The notes beneath the pieces are model-generated. The model was not told the DNA's origin. It did no database searches and saw nothing but the letters and a program-made list of their open reading frames with translations. DNA of 64,000 nucleotides from Actinomycetota bacterium (lineage in GTDB: Bacteria > Actinomycetota > Actinomycetes > Streptomycetales > Streptomycetaceae): assembly GCA_048498775.1 (NCBI GenBank), contig JBEHXI010000001.1:48485-112484 (forward strand). The letters run 5' to 3'. How positions within the stretch are numbered: the first letter of the stretch is position 1; each line of letters starts with the position of its first letter. This document shows, piece by piece, positions 10,508 to 19,204 of this stretch. A program made the translations under genes and the position numbers.

Positions 10508-11281
10508 GTGAAGCGGAAGGAGACCGGAGCAGACGTGAACCCCCTCTCCAGCGCCGCCCGCCGCGCGGTCTTCGCCCCCCTGGACACCGAGGCCCGGGTC
10601 GAGGCGGTCGTCCGGCGCCTGGGCGACGCGATCGTGCTCGGCCTGCTGACCGACGGGGAGCAACTGCCCGGCGAGAGCGACCTCGCCGACCGGCTCGGCG
10701 TCTCGACCGTCAGCCTGCGCGAGGCACTCGCCGCCCTGCGCCAGCAGGGACTCGTCACCACCCGACGCGGCCGCGGCGGCGGGACCTTCGTCCACACCCC
10801 CGGCGAGCCCCTCGGGCACCGCCTGCGCCAGCGGCTCCTCGACCACACCATCGAGGACCTGCGGGACCTCGGCGACCACTACGCCGCCGTCGCCGGAGGC
10901 ACCGCCCGGCTCGCCGCGGAGCGGGCCGACCCGCACGACCTGCAGGCCCCGCGGCGCTCCCTGCAGGACTTCGCGGACGCCGCCGACGCCGCCGCGCGCG
11001 CCCGCATCGACGGCCGGTTCCACGTCGAGATCGCCGCGGCCGCCCAGTCCGCCCGGCTCACCCGTGAGGAGATCCGTTTCCAGACGGAGATCGGGCCACT
11101 ACTGTGTCTGCCGTATCTGGACGCGGAAGCCCACCGCGACGCCGACGCGGAGCACCGGTCCCTGGTGGACGCCATCGCGGCCGGTGACGGCCCGGCGGCC
11201 CGCACGGTGGCCGAGGAGCACGTCCGCCACGTGGTGCGGCACCTGATCGAACTGCGACTGGACGGATCATGGCAGCAGTGA
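10508..11281 (+). CDS. GntR/FadR-family transcriptional regulator
   Basis: Winged-HTH block LPGESDLADRLGVSTVSLREALAALRQQGLVTTRRGRGGGTFV, then an all-helical FCD-like C-terminal domain. An alternative GTG start at 10535 has GGAG 5 nt upstream. Confidence 0.85.
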   Translation: MKRKETGADVNPLSSAARRAVFAPLDTEARVEAVVRRLGDAIVLGLLTDGEQLPGESDLADRLGVSTVSLREALAALRQQGLVTTRRGRGGGTFVHTPGEPLGHRLRQRLLDHTIEDLRDLGDHYAAVAGGTARLAAERADPHDLQAPRRSLQDFADAADAAARARIDGRFHVEIAAAAQSARLTREEIRFQTEIGPLLCLPYLDAEAHRDADAEHRSLVDAIAAGDGPAARTVAEEHVRHVVRHLIELRLDGSWQQ

Positions 11282-12000
11282 GTGCCGGCGACGGGACCGT
11301 CGCCGAGGCGGTCGAACGGGTCGGCGGAATGCTCGAAGCCGTCTTCGCCACCGTCCAGGAGACCCGCCAGGCGGCCACCGCCCTGCTCGCGGACCTGCGG
11401 GCGCGCGACCGCCGCCCCGCCACCGCCGATCTGAGGCGCCTTCAGCCGCTGCTGCGCGAGCAACTCGGCAGGCAGCACGGGCTGGTCTCCGGCACCGGTT
11501 TCGTCGCCCGGCCCGGCCTGCTCGGCGACGTGCCCGCCTGGCTGGAGTGGTGGCAGACCCGCGCCGACGGCACCGTCCAGCCCATGCTGCTCGACCTCGA
11601 CCCGGCCACCTCCGCCTACTCGGACTACACCCACTGGGACTGGTTCGCGCTGCCGCGCGACACCGGCCGCCGCGCCGTCGCCGGACCGTACGTGGACTAC
11701 CTGTGCACCGACGAGTACAGCCTCACCCTGTCGGCACCGGTGACGGTGGCCGGGGAGTTCGCGGGCGTCGCCGCGGCCGACGTCTACCTGCGGCACTTCG
11801 AGGCGACCATCGGACCGGCGCTGCGCCGCATCCACGGCCCCGCCTACCTGGTCAACCCGCGCGGGCGGATCGCCGCGTCCAACACCGCCTCCCGGCTGGC
11901 CGGCTCCCTCGTCCGGGACATCGACGCGGCCTCGGCCCGCGGCGAGGTCGTGCTGCACCCGTGCGGCACGATCCCGCTGACGCTGGTGACCGGTGCCTGA
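11269..12000 (+). CDS. cytoplasmic Cache/PDC-like domain protein (no TM, no output domain)
   Basis: 243 aa. Its ATG overlaps the GntR stop by 13 nt. High GC3. The Cache-like assignment rests on recollection of the family (YVDYLCTDEYSLTLSAPV...AGVAAADVYL) and is tentative. Confidence 0.6.
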   Translation: MAAVSAGDGTVAEAVERVGGMLEAVFATVQETRQAATALLADLRARDRRPATADLRRLQPLLREQLGRQHGLVSGTGFVARPGLLGDVPAWLEWWQTRADGTVQPMLLDLDPATSAYSDYTHWDWFALPRDTGRRAVAGPYVDYLCTDEYSLTLSAPVTVAGEFAGVAAADVYLRHFEATIGPALRRIHGPAYLVNPRGRIAASNTASRLAGSLVRDIDAASARGEVVLHPCGTIPLTLVTGA

Positions 12001-12003
12001 GAC

Positions 12004-13476
12004 CTAGTAGGCCAGGCCGCTCGCCCGCAGCGCCAGCCAGAGGTGGGCGGCGACGTCCGGGTCGTCGAGGTCGGCGCCCAGCACCCGGGTGGCGGTGGCG
12101 ATGCGGTTCCGCAGGGTGTTGCGGTGCACCCCGAGGTCGGCCGCCGCCCGCTCCCACTGGCCGCGGTGCCGCAGATGGGCGGCGACGGCGGCCACCAGGT
12201 CCGCGCGGCGGTACTCCAGCAGCGGCCCCAGGCCGGGCCCGCCCGCCGCGTCGCCGGCCGCGGCGTCCCGGACCGTCCCCGCCGCGACGGCCGCCAGCGC
12301 GCCGCGCACCGCCGGCAGATGCAGGTGCGTCTCGGCGGCGCCGGTCTCGGTCCACAGCACCCCGCGGGCCCCGGGCGAGCGCTCGGTGACGAACCGCCGG
12401 GCTTCCGCGAGCACGGCGCCGGCGTCCCGGGCGTCGGCCAGCAGCCAGGTCACGTCCTCCGCCGCGACGGCCGGCATCCGCCGCCGGCCGGTGGGGACCG
12501 CGGCCTCCACCGCGTCCAGCAGGTCCTCGCCGTCCGGCCCGGAGAGCCCGGCCACGCCCAGCACCCGCGCGCGGGCCGCCGGGCCGGGCAGGTCCAGCTC
12601 GGCGGCCAGCGCCCGGGCCGCGTCCACGAAGCCGCCCATCACCAGCCGGGCCAGGCACGCCCGGGAGGCCCGCGCCGCGGCGACCCCGCGCCGCTGCTGC
12701 TCGCTGTGCAGCGCCAGCAGGGCGCACGCGGTCAGCACCAGTTGGCGGTCGGGCGCGCTCATCGGGCGACGGCAGCCGGTGGCCAGGAAGCCGCTGAGCC
12801 GGCCGCCGGTGGCCAGCGGATGCAGCACCACGTCCTCCTCGCCCAGCGGGAACGTCGCCGCGGAGTGCAGCCCGGCCACCCGCAGCCGGGCGACCTCGGC
12901 GGCGGTCCGGCGGGCGCTGCCCCGGCGGCCCCGCGGCCAGACCTCCACCACCTCACCGCCCGGGGTCAGCCGGGCCGCCCATCCCTCGACGGCCCCGGCC
13001 AGGGTCCGCACGACGGCCCGCACCGGGTCGGGCCCGGCCGCGGCCCGCACCAGTTCGCGGTGCGCGCCCAGCGCCGAGCTCAGCTCCTGCCGCCCGGCCG
13101 CGGCGACCAGCGACCAGTAGGTGCGGGTGATGGCCAGGAACGGGGTGGGCTCGGGCACGGCGAGCAGCGGCAGCCCGGCGGCCGCGCACGCCGCGGCGAG
13201 CACCTCGGGCACCGCCTGGTGGACCGGGCCGAGCCCGATGCCGAGCGCCGCGACCCCGTGCCCCGCCAGGCGCGCCGCGTAGGCCCGCGCCTGCGCGGTG
13301 CGTTCGGTGACGCCCATGCCGGTGGTCAGCAGCAGTTCCCCGCCGGACAGGTAGGGCGTGGGGTCGGCCAGCTCGCTGACGTGGACGCCGGTGATCTCCC
13401 GGGGCGGGGGCGCGGCGGGTGCGACGGGTACCAGGTCCTCGCCCATGGCCCGGGCGAGGACGTCGAGTGTGGGCAT
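12004..13476 (-). CDS. PucR-family transcriptional regulator
   Basis: Starts at MPTLDVLARAMG (AAGAGGA RBS). N-terminal PucR-type signature (ELADPTPYLSGGELLLTTG). C-terminal HTH: GVHRNTLRNRIATATRVLG. Confidence 0.85.
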   Translation of the reverse strand: MPTLDVLARAMGEDLVPVAPAAPPPREITGVHVSELADPTPYLSGGELLLTTGMGVTERTAQARAYAARLAGHGVAALGIGLGPVHQAVPEVLAAACAAAGLPLLAVPEPTPFLAITRTYWSLVAAAGRQELSSALGAHRELVRAAAGPDPVRAVVRTLAGAVEGWAARLTPGGEVVEVWPRGRRGSARRTAAEVARLRVAGLHSAATFPLGEEDVVLHPLATGGRLSGFLATGCRRPMSAPDRQLVLTACALLALHSEQQRRGVAAARASRACLARLVMGGFVDAARALAAELDLPGPAARARVLGVAGLSGPDGEDLLDAVEAAVPTGRRRMPAVAAEDVTWLLADARDAGAVLAEARRFVTERSPGARGVLWTETGAAETHLHLPAVRGALAAVAAGTVRDAAAGDAAGGPGLGPLLEYRRADLVAAVAAHLRHRGQWERAAADLGVHRNTLRNRIATATRVLGADLDDPDVAAHLWLALRASGLAY

Positions 13477-13669
13477 GCGGTCCTCTTCTCGGCGGCGCGG
13501 ACCGGGCGCCTGTTGTGCGATCCGCTGCGGCTGCACGGATTGTGGTGCGAAACGTCCAGGGAATTCCAGTCCCTCCTGCCCGTAGCTTTGCCGCCGTCCG
13601 TTTCTCGGTCGCTGGGAGAAGCATGCACGTCACCACCTATGCCGCCCGCCGTCCCGCCCCGCGGGGCGC

Positions 13670-14875
13670 GTGGTGAGCGGCCCCCTGGAGGGCGTCCTCG
13701 TCGCCGACTTCAGCCGGGTGCTCGCCGGGCCGCTGTGCACCATGACACTCGCCGACCTGGGCGCCACGGTCGTGAAGGTGGAGCGCCCGGGTGTGGGCGA
13801 CGACACCCGGTCGTGGGGGCCGCCCTGGTCCGCGACGTCGACCACCTACTTCGAGAGCGTCAACCGGTCCAAGCTCAGCGTCGCCCTGGATCTGGCCGAC
13901 CCCGCCGACCTGGCGCTCGCCGGTGAACTGGCGCGGCGGGCCGACGTGTTGGTGGAGAACTTCAAACCCGGTTCGCTGGACGGGCTGGGCCTCGGCTACG
14001 AGCAGGTCAGCGCGGCGAACCCCGGGATCGTCTACTGCTCGGTCACCGGGTTCGGCGGCGGAGCCGGGGCCGGGCTGCTCGGTTACGACTTCGTGGTGCA
14101 GGCGGTCGGTGGGCTGATGAGCGTCACCGGTGAGGCCGGTGGCGAACCGCTCAAGGCCGGTGTGGCGCTGGTCGACGTGCTGACCGGCAAGGACGCCGCC
14201 GTCGGGGTGCTGGCCGCGCTGGCCGACCGGGCCCGCACCGGACGCGGCTGCCGGGTGGAGGTCAACCTGCTCTCCAGCCTGCTGGGGGCGCTGGTCAACC
14301 AGGCCCAGGGCTACCTCGAGACCGGCCGCCCACCGGGCCGGATGGGCAACCGCCACCCGTCGATCGCCCCCTACGAGACCCTGCGCTGCCGGGACGGGCT
14401 GCTGGCGGTCGCGTGCGGGAACGACGGGCAGTTCACGCGGCTCGCGGCCGTCCTGGGCCGCCCCGGGCTCGCCGGCGACCCGCGGTTCGCGACCAACGCC
14501 GCCCGGGTCGCGCACCGCGACGAACTGGTGGCGGCCCTGGAGGACCTGCTCGCCGCCCGCGGCTGCGCCGCCTGGCAGGAGGACCTGACCGCCGCCGGGG
14601 TGCCGGCCGGGAAGGTCGGCACGGTGGCCGACGGCTTCGCCCTCGCCGAGCGTCTCGGGCTGCACCCCACCGTCTCCCCCGCCGACGGCGGCACACCGAC
14701 CCCGCGGCATCCGGCCGTCTACTCCACCGGCCTGGTCCGGCCGCCCGCGCCGCCGCCCCGCCTGGGCGGCCACGACGCCCGGGTACGGGCCTGGCTGTCC
14801 GATCCGGAGCGTCCCCCGCTCCCCCATCCCGCCGATCAGTCCGGTCCGTCCGGCGAAGAAGAGGTGACCCCATGA
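13670..14875 (+). CDS. family III (CaiB/BaiF) CoA-transferase
   Basis: 401 aa. N-terminal signature LEGVLVADFSRVLAGPLCTMTLADLGATVVKVERP...GDDTR.WGP, and GLMSVTGE. Confidence 0.9.
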   Translation: MVSGPLEGVLVADFSRVLAGPLCTMTLADLGATVVKVERPGVGDDTRSWGPPWSATSTTYFESVNRSKLSVALDLADPADLALAGELARRADVLVENFKPGSLDGLGLGYEQVSAANPGIVYCSVTGFGGGAGAGLLGYDFVVQAVGGLMSVTGEAGGEPLKAGVALVDVLTGKDAAVGVLAALADRARTGRGCRVEVNLLSSLLGALVNQAQGYLETGRPPGRMGNRHPSIAPYETLRCRDGLLAVACGNDGQFTRLAAVLGRPGLAGDPRFATNAARVAHRDELVAALEDLLAARGCAAWQEDLTAAGVPAGKVGTVADGFALAERLGLHPTVSPADGGTPTPRHPAVYSTGLVRPPAPPPRLGGHDARVRAWLSDPERPPLPHPADQSGPSGEEEVTP

Positions 14876-16068
14876 CCGCGCACAGCGCCGCCCCGCGCCC
14901 CACGGCCGACCCGTTCGACCTGGCCGGCATCGACGACCTGCTCAGCCCCGAGGAGAAGGCGGTGCGGGCCGCGGTCCGGCAGGTCTGCGACACCGCCATC
15001 GACCCGCACATCGCGGAGTGGTTCGAGGCCGGTGAGCTGCCGGCCGTCCGGGAACTGGCCAAGGAGCTGGGCACCCTGGGCCTGCTCGGCATGCACCTGG
15101 AGGGCTACGGCTGCGCCGGGATGAGCGCGGTGGACTACGGCCTGGCCTGCCTGGAGCTGGAGGCGAGCGACTCGGGGATCCGTTCGCTGGTCAGCGTGCA
15201 GGGCTCACTGGCGATGTACGCGATCTGGCGGCACGGCAGCGAGGAGCACAAGCGGGAGTGGCTGCCGCGGATGGCCGCCGGCGAGGCCATCGGCTGCTTC
15301 GGCCTGACCGAGCCCGACCACGGTTCCGACCCGGCCGCCATGCGCACCCGGGCCCGCCGCGACGGCGGTGACTGGGTGCTCGACGGCGGCAAGATGTGGA
15401 TCACCAACGGGTCGGTGGCGGACGTGGCCGTGGTGTGGGCGCGCACCGACGAGGGCGTGCGCGGCTTCGTGGTGCCCACCGACACCCCCGGGTTCACGGC
15501 GCACACCATCAAGCACAAGATGTCCCTGCGCGCCTCGGTGACCAGTGAACTGGTGCTGGACGGCGTGCGGTTGCCGGCCGACGCCGTCCTCCCCGGGGCG
15601 CGTGGCCTCGCCGGGCCGCTGTCCTGCCTCAACGAGGCCCGGTACGGCATCGTGTGGGGCGCCATGGGAGCGGCGCGCAGCGCCTTCCGCACGGCGGTGC
15701 GCTACGCCGGGGAGCGGGTGCAGTTCGGCCGCCCGATCGGCGGTTTCCAGCTCACCCAGGCCAAGCTCGCGCAGATGGCGGTGGAACTCACCAACGGCAC
15801 GCTGCTGGCCCTGCATCTGGGGCGCCGCAAGGACGCGGTCGGGCTGCGCCCCGAGCAGGTGAGCCTGGGCAAGCTCAACAACGTCACCAAGGCCCTGGAG
15901 ATCTGCCGCTCCGCGCGCACCGTCCTGGGCGCCAACGGCATCTCGCTGGAGTTCCCGGTGATCCGGCACATGAACAACCTGGAGTCGGTGCTCACCTACG
16001 AGGGCACCCCGGAGATGCACACCCTGGTCATCGGCCAGGCGCTGACCGGGCAGAGCGCCTTCCGCTGA
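14872..16068 (+). CDS. gcdH: glutaryl-CoA dehydrogenase-like acyl-CoA dehydrogenase
   Basis: ATGA overlap with the CoA-transferase stop. Motifs GCFGLTEPDHGSDPAAMRTRA, GGKMWITNG, LNEARYGIVWGAMGAA, and C-terminal LTYEGTPEMHTLVIGQALTG, which is typical of GCDH. Confidence 0.85.
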   Translation: MTAHSAAPRPTADPFDLAGIDDLLSPEEKAVRAAVRQVCDTAIDPHIAEWFEAGELPAVRELAKELGTLGLLGMHLEGYGCAGMSAVDYGLACLELEASDSGIRSLVSVQGSLAMYAIWRHGSEEHKREWLPRMAAGEAIGCFGLTEPDHGSDPAAMRTRARRDGGDWVLDGGKMWITNGSVADVAVVWARTDEGVRGFVVPTDTPGFTAHTIKHKMSLRASVTSELVLDGVRLPADAVLPGARGLAGPLSCLNEARYGIVWGAMGAARSAFRTAVRYAGERVQFGRPIGGFQLTQAKLAQMAVELTNGTLLALHLGRRKDAVGLRPEQVSLGKLNNVTKALEICRSARTVLGANGISLEFPVIRHMNNLESVLTYEGTPEMHTLVIGQALTGQSAFR

Positions 16069-16101
16069 GCGGCGCCGGCGAACGGCGGGCGGGAAAGCCG
16101 C

Positions 16102-16147
16102 GGTGCCGTCCTGAGGCCGGGGTTCCGGCGGGCCTCAGGACGGCACC
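16102..16147. terminator. bidirectional stem-loop between gcdH and the NlpC/P60 gene
   Basis: Perfect 17-bp stem GGTGCCGTCCTGAGGCC / GGCCTCAGGACGGCACC with a 12-nt loop. Confidence 0.6.
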
Positions 16148-16162
16148 GAGTACGGCGGTGGT

Positions 16163-17188
16163 TCAGACGCGGACGCCGAACTCGACCGGGCCTATGGTGC
16201 TGATCGACTCGTAGCGGACGCTGGCGCCGGTGTGCGGCGCGTGCAGGACCATGCCGTTGCCCGCGTACAGGCCGACGTGGTGCAGGTCGCCGAAGAAGAA
16301 GACCAGGTCGCCCGGCTGGAGCTGGCTCTCCGAGATGCGCGTGCCGACATCGGCCTGCTCGTAGGTGGTGCGCGGCAGCGACACACCGGCCTGCGAGTAC
16401 GCCCACTGGGTCAGGCCGGAGCAGTCGAAGGAGCTCGGCCCGGTCGCGCCCCACACATACGGGTCGCCTATGCGGCTCTGGGCGGCGGAGAACGCGGCGG
16501 CGGCGCGCTGCGAGGCGGCGGCGCCGGCGCCCAGGATCGACCGGAGGCTGTCGCGGCTGGCGCGGTCCTGCGCCGCGGCGAGCGCCGCGCGCTGCTGGGC
16601 GGTGAGCGAGTTCAGCAGGTCCTGGGCCTTGGCGAGCTTGTCCTGGACCTCCTTCTTCTTCTCCGCGAGGTCCTTGCGGGTGTTCTGGAGCTCGGCGAGC
16701 TTGGCCGCCGCCTCGGTGCGCTGCTGGTCCAGCAGCCGCTTCTGCTCCTCGACCTGGCGCAGCGCGTCGGCCTGCTTGCTGCTCATCTGGTCGAGCATCG
16801 AGGCCTTCTGCAGGTAGTCACCCGGATTGGAGGAGAGGAAGAGCTGCACGGAGGGGTCGATGCCGCCGCTGCGGTACTGGGCCGCCGCGAGACCGCCGAG
16901 ACCGTCGAGCAGCCGGTTGAGCTGTGCCTGCTCCCGGGCCACCTGGTTCTCCAGGTCGTCGACCTGCTGCTGGAGCTTCTTCTGCTGCTCCTGGGCGCCG
17001 TCATACTGCTCGGTCGCCTGCTCGGCCTGCTGGTTGAGCTGGTCCACCTGCGCCTTGACGTCGGAAGCGCTGGGCTTGGGAGCGGCGTTCGCGGCCTGGC
17101 TGGACAGGGCGACGGCCGCGGCAGCGGTGGCGGTCAGAACGGTGACCCGCGTACGACTCGCGGGTTTGGCACGACGGTGGGACGCCAC
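16163..17188 (-). CDS. secreted NlpC/P60 peptidoglycan endopeptidase with coiled-coil N-terminal domain
   Basis: GTG start (VASHRRAKP) after GAAGGAG. Signal peptide ending AANA, then a Gln/Leu/Glu-rich coiled coil. C-terminal NlpC/P60 core YVWGATGPSSFDCSGLTQWAY ... HHVGLYAGNGMVLHAP. Confidence 0.85.
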   Translation of the reverse strand: MASHRRAKPASRTRVTVLTATAAAAVALSSQAANAAPKPSASDVKAQVDQLNQQAEQATEQYDGAQEQQKKLQQQVDDLENQVAREQAQLNRLLDGLGGLAAAQYRSGGIDPSVQLFLSSNPGDYLQKASMLDQMSSKQADALRQVEEQKRLLDQQRTEAAAKLAELQNTRKDLAEKKKEVQDKLAKAQDLLNSLTAQQRAALAAAQDRASRDSLRSILGAGAAASQRAAAAFSAAQSRIGDPYVWGATGPSSFDCSGLTQWAYSQAGVSLPRTTYEQADVGTRISESQLQPGDLVFFFGDLHHVGLYAGNGMVLHAPHTGASVRYESISTIGPVEFGVRV

Positions 17189-17214
17189 GGGAGACGGGCA
17201 CTCCTTCTTCCTAC

Positions 17215-17372
17215 GGCCGCCTACCGGGTGAGCTGTCGGGTTCGGGCCGGAAGCAGCCCTACGGAGCCTCACCGCATCGGTCAATGCGGCCCGGACCCCG
17301 ATTCACCCCGGGAAGGTTGGTTCCCCGGCTCCGTGCGTCGGCGTCCCCCCTCGTACGCGATCCGACGCGTCG
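17215..17372 (-). promoter_or_regulatory. ydaO/yuaA-type cyclic-di-AMP riboswitch in the NlpC/P60 5' leader
   Basis: The minus strand reads ...ACGGAGCCGGGGAACCA...CCCGGGGUGAAUCGGGG...CCCGAACCCGACAGCUCACCCGGUAGGCG. This matches my recollection of the ydaO consensus blocks (GGGGUGAAUC; CCGAAxCCGACAGCUxACCxxGUAxGCG). It ends about 10 nt before the RBS. Confidence 0.7.
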
Positions 17373-17697
17373 AACTCGGCGGTGCCCCCACTGCCACCCG
17401 GTCGGATGGTCGACTGCGCGGAGGCTGGCGCTGACACTACTAAGCAGATGAGATGACCTCAAACCCGCTGGGGAAAAATCTGCCCTGCCAGCGGACTTTT
17501 TCCTTCCGATTGCCGGGGAGAACCTCCCCAGGAGCGAGCAATCGAGCTTCAAGCGCTACGGAAACCGCGATTGGGCGTAATCGGCGGTGGTGCACACCGA
17601 CCACCCATGACGCATACGGATGCGAAATATCCGGCGAAACCCGTCATCGCCATGGGCGGCGCCACACTGACGACACGTCACGACCGTCCGGTGTCCG

Positions 17698-19032
17698 TCA
17701 CCGCGCCCCGGCGTCCGGCAGCCAGGTGCCGTGGAAGCCGGCCGGCACGCGCCGGGGCAGGCGGACGGAGGCGACGGGCGCCAGGTCCGCGGCGTCCAGG
17801 ACCACGAGGTCCGATCCGGTTCCGGCGCGGTCGGAGACGATGGTCAGCAGCCAGCCGGCGTCCTCACCGTCCCCGCCCCCGTTCCCGTCCGCGGCGGGCA
17901 CGAACACCGCCTCCCCGGGCGCCTGTCCGGCCCCGGCCGAGTGCCGCCGGACGGTTCCCGAGGCCAGGTCGTACTTGACGATCCCGTCCCGGTGCACGGC
18001 GTACCGGTACCGGCTCGCGCGCCCGACCAAGCCCTCGTTGAGGGTGGGGAACTCGATGTCCCGGTCGTCCAGGCCGCCCTCGGACACCCGCCCGGTGGCC
18101 GGATCGAGCACCCACCGGTACAGCCGCGGGCCGGTGCCCGCCGGTGCGTCGCCGGCCTGGCCGCCGACGCGTCCCCAGGTGCCCGCGAACGCGTCGCGGT
18201 CATAGCGGACCGCGTCCAGGACGATCCGGCCCGCCGCGTCCTCACGGGCGTTGCCGACATGGAAGACATATCCGGGCTCGACCTCGAACCAGCGGACCGC
18301 TCCGGTGCCCCGCTGCGGCATCACGCCGATCCGGGCGCCGTATCCGTCGTCCCAGCGGTAGGGCATGCCCCTGCCGAGCAGTCGCGCGTCGAAGGTGACG
18401 GGAAGGTCCAGCCAGACCACATGCCGTTCGGTGATGGCGAAGTCGTGCATCATCGTCGGCCCGGGCACCGGGATCTCCCGGCTTTCGGCCAGTTCCCCGG
18501 CGGCGGTCGCCCGGTGATAGGTCAGGAACGGCGGCACCGCCCCGTAGCCGAAGAAGTGCAGCTCCCCGGTGGCGGGGTCCTCCTTGGGGTGCGCGGTCAT
18601 CGCGGTGGTCAGGCGGCCGCCGAAGTCGTAGGGGCCGAGGGTGTCCAGTTCGTCGGAGACCTGATGGGGCAGGCCGCTCTCGACCAGCGCCAGGATGCGT
18701 CCGGCATGGCGGATGACGCTGGTGTTCGCGGTGACCGCGGTCAGGTCGGGCCGCCCGTCCGGGCCGATGTAGGAGGCGCCGTCCCGCGCCGCGGTGCGGA
18801 CCCAGCGGTTGCGGTACCAGCGGGCGCGGCCGTTCTCCAGGCGGACGCCGTGCAGCATGCCGTCGCCGATGAACCAGTGGCGGGGGTCCTGGCCGGGCCG
18901 CGGGTTGGGGCCGTTGCGGACGTAACGGCCGCTGAGTTCGGGGGGCAGGGCTCCGGTGACCGGGAGGTCGTGCCCTTCGGTCTCGTCGGCCACCGGCGCC
19001 AGATGCCCCTGCAGATACAGCGGTGCGGTCAT
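17698..19032 (-). CDS. carotenoid/apocarotenoid cleavage oxygenase family (RPE65/CCD) dioxygenase
   Basis: 444 aa. Signatures LSGRYVRNGPNP, WFIGDGMLHGVR, ANTSVIRHAG, AHPK.DP.TGEL, MMHDFAITE, and conserved His positions. Confidence 0.9.
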   Translation of the reverse strand: MTAPLYLQGHLAPVADETEGHDLPVTGALPPELSGRYVRNGPNPRPGQDPRHWFIGDGMLHGVRLENGRARWYRNRWVRTAARDGASYIGPDGRPDLTAVTANTSVIRHAGRILALVESGLPHQVSDELDTLGPYDFGGRLTTAMTAHPKEDPATGELHFFGYGAVPPFLTYHRATAAGELAESREIPVPGPTMMHDFAITERHVVWLDLPVTFDARLLGRGMPYRWDDGYGARIGVMPQRGTGAVRWFEVEPGYVFHVGNAREDAAGRIVLDAVRYDRDAFAGTWGRVGGQAGDAPAGTGPRLYRWVLDPATGRVSEGGLDDRDIEFPTLNEGLVGRASRYRYAVHRDGIVKYDLASGTVRRHSAGAGQAPGEAVFVPAADGNGGGDGEDAGWLLTIVSDRAGTGSDLVVLDAADLAPVASVRLPRRVPAGFHGTWLPDAGAR

Positions 19033-19041
19033 GAAACGCCT

Positions 19042-19108
19042 CCATATTCCTGTATTGACATGTCAAAACTAGAAGCCGCTGACGTGACATGTCAAGAGTG
19101 GAATATGG
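19042..19108. promoter_or_regulatory. 67-bp composite inverted repeat / dual operator in the oxygenase-hemerythrin divergent region
   Basis: Left arm CCATATTCC-TGTA-TTGACATGTCA (19042-19065). The right arm's reverse complement is CCATATTCC-ACTC-TTGACATGTCA (19085-19108), 20 of 24 identical. Each arm contains the self-palindrome TGACATGTCA. Confidence 0.5.
19066..19095 (-). promoter_or_regulatory. candidate sigma-70-type promoter of the oxygenase gene
   Basis: On the minus strand: TTGACA (19095-19090), 18-nt spacer, TAGTTT (19071-19066). The predicted TSS falls inside the left palindrome, and the -35 lies inside the right palindrome. Confidence 0.4.
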
Positions 19109-19204
19109 ATCGCCCATACCGGTTCTCGCAGGAATCACCGCGGCATCCGGGGGCAGAGCCTCCACCAGGGCAAAAACAGCCCAACCGACCGGGAAAGGAC
19201 AACC

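Noticed and set aside
17465-17501. Hairpin CCGCTGG...CCAGCGG followed by ACTTTTT, as an intrinsic terminator.
   Set aside because: The stem is only 7 bp with a 17-nt poorly paired loop. No plus-strand gene ends upstream of it. For the minus-strand oxygenase gene the trailing sequence is not U-rich.
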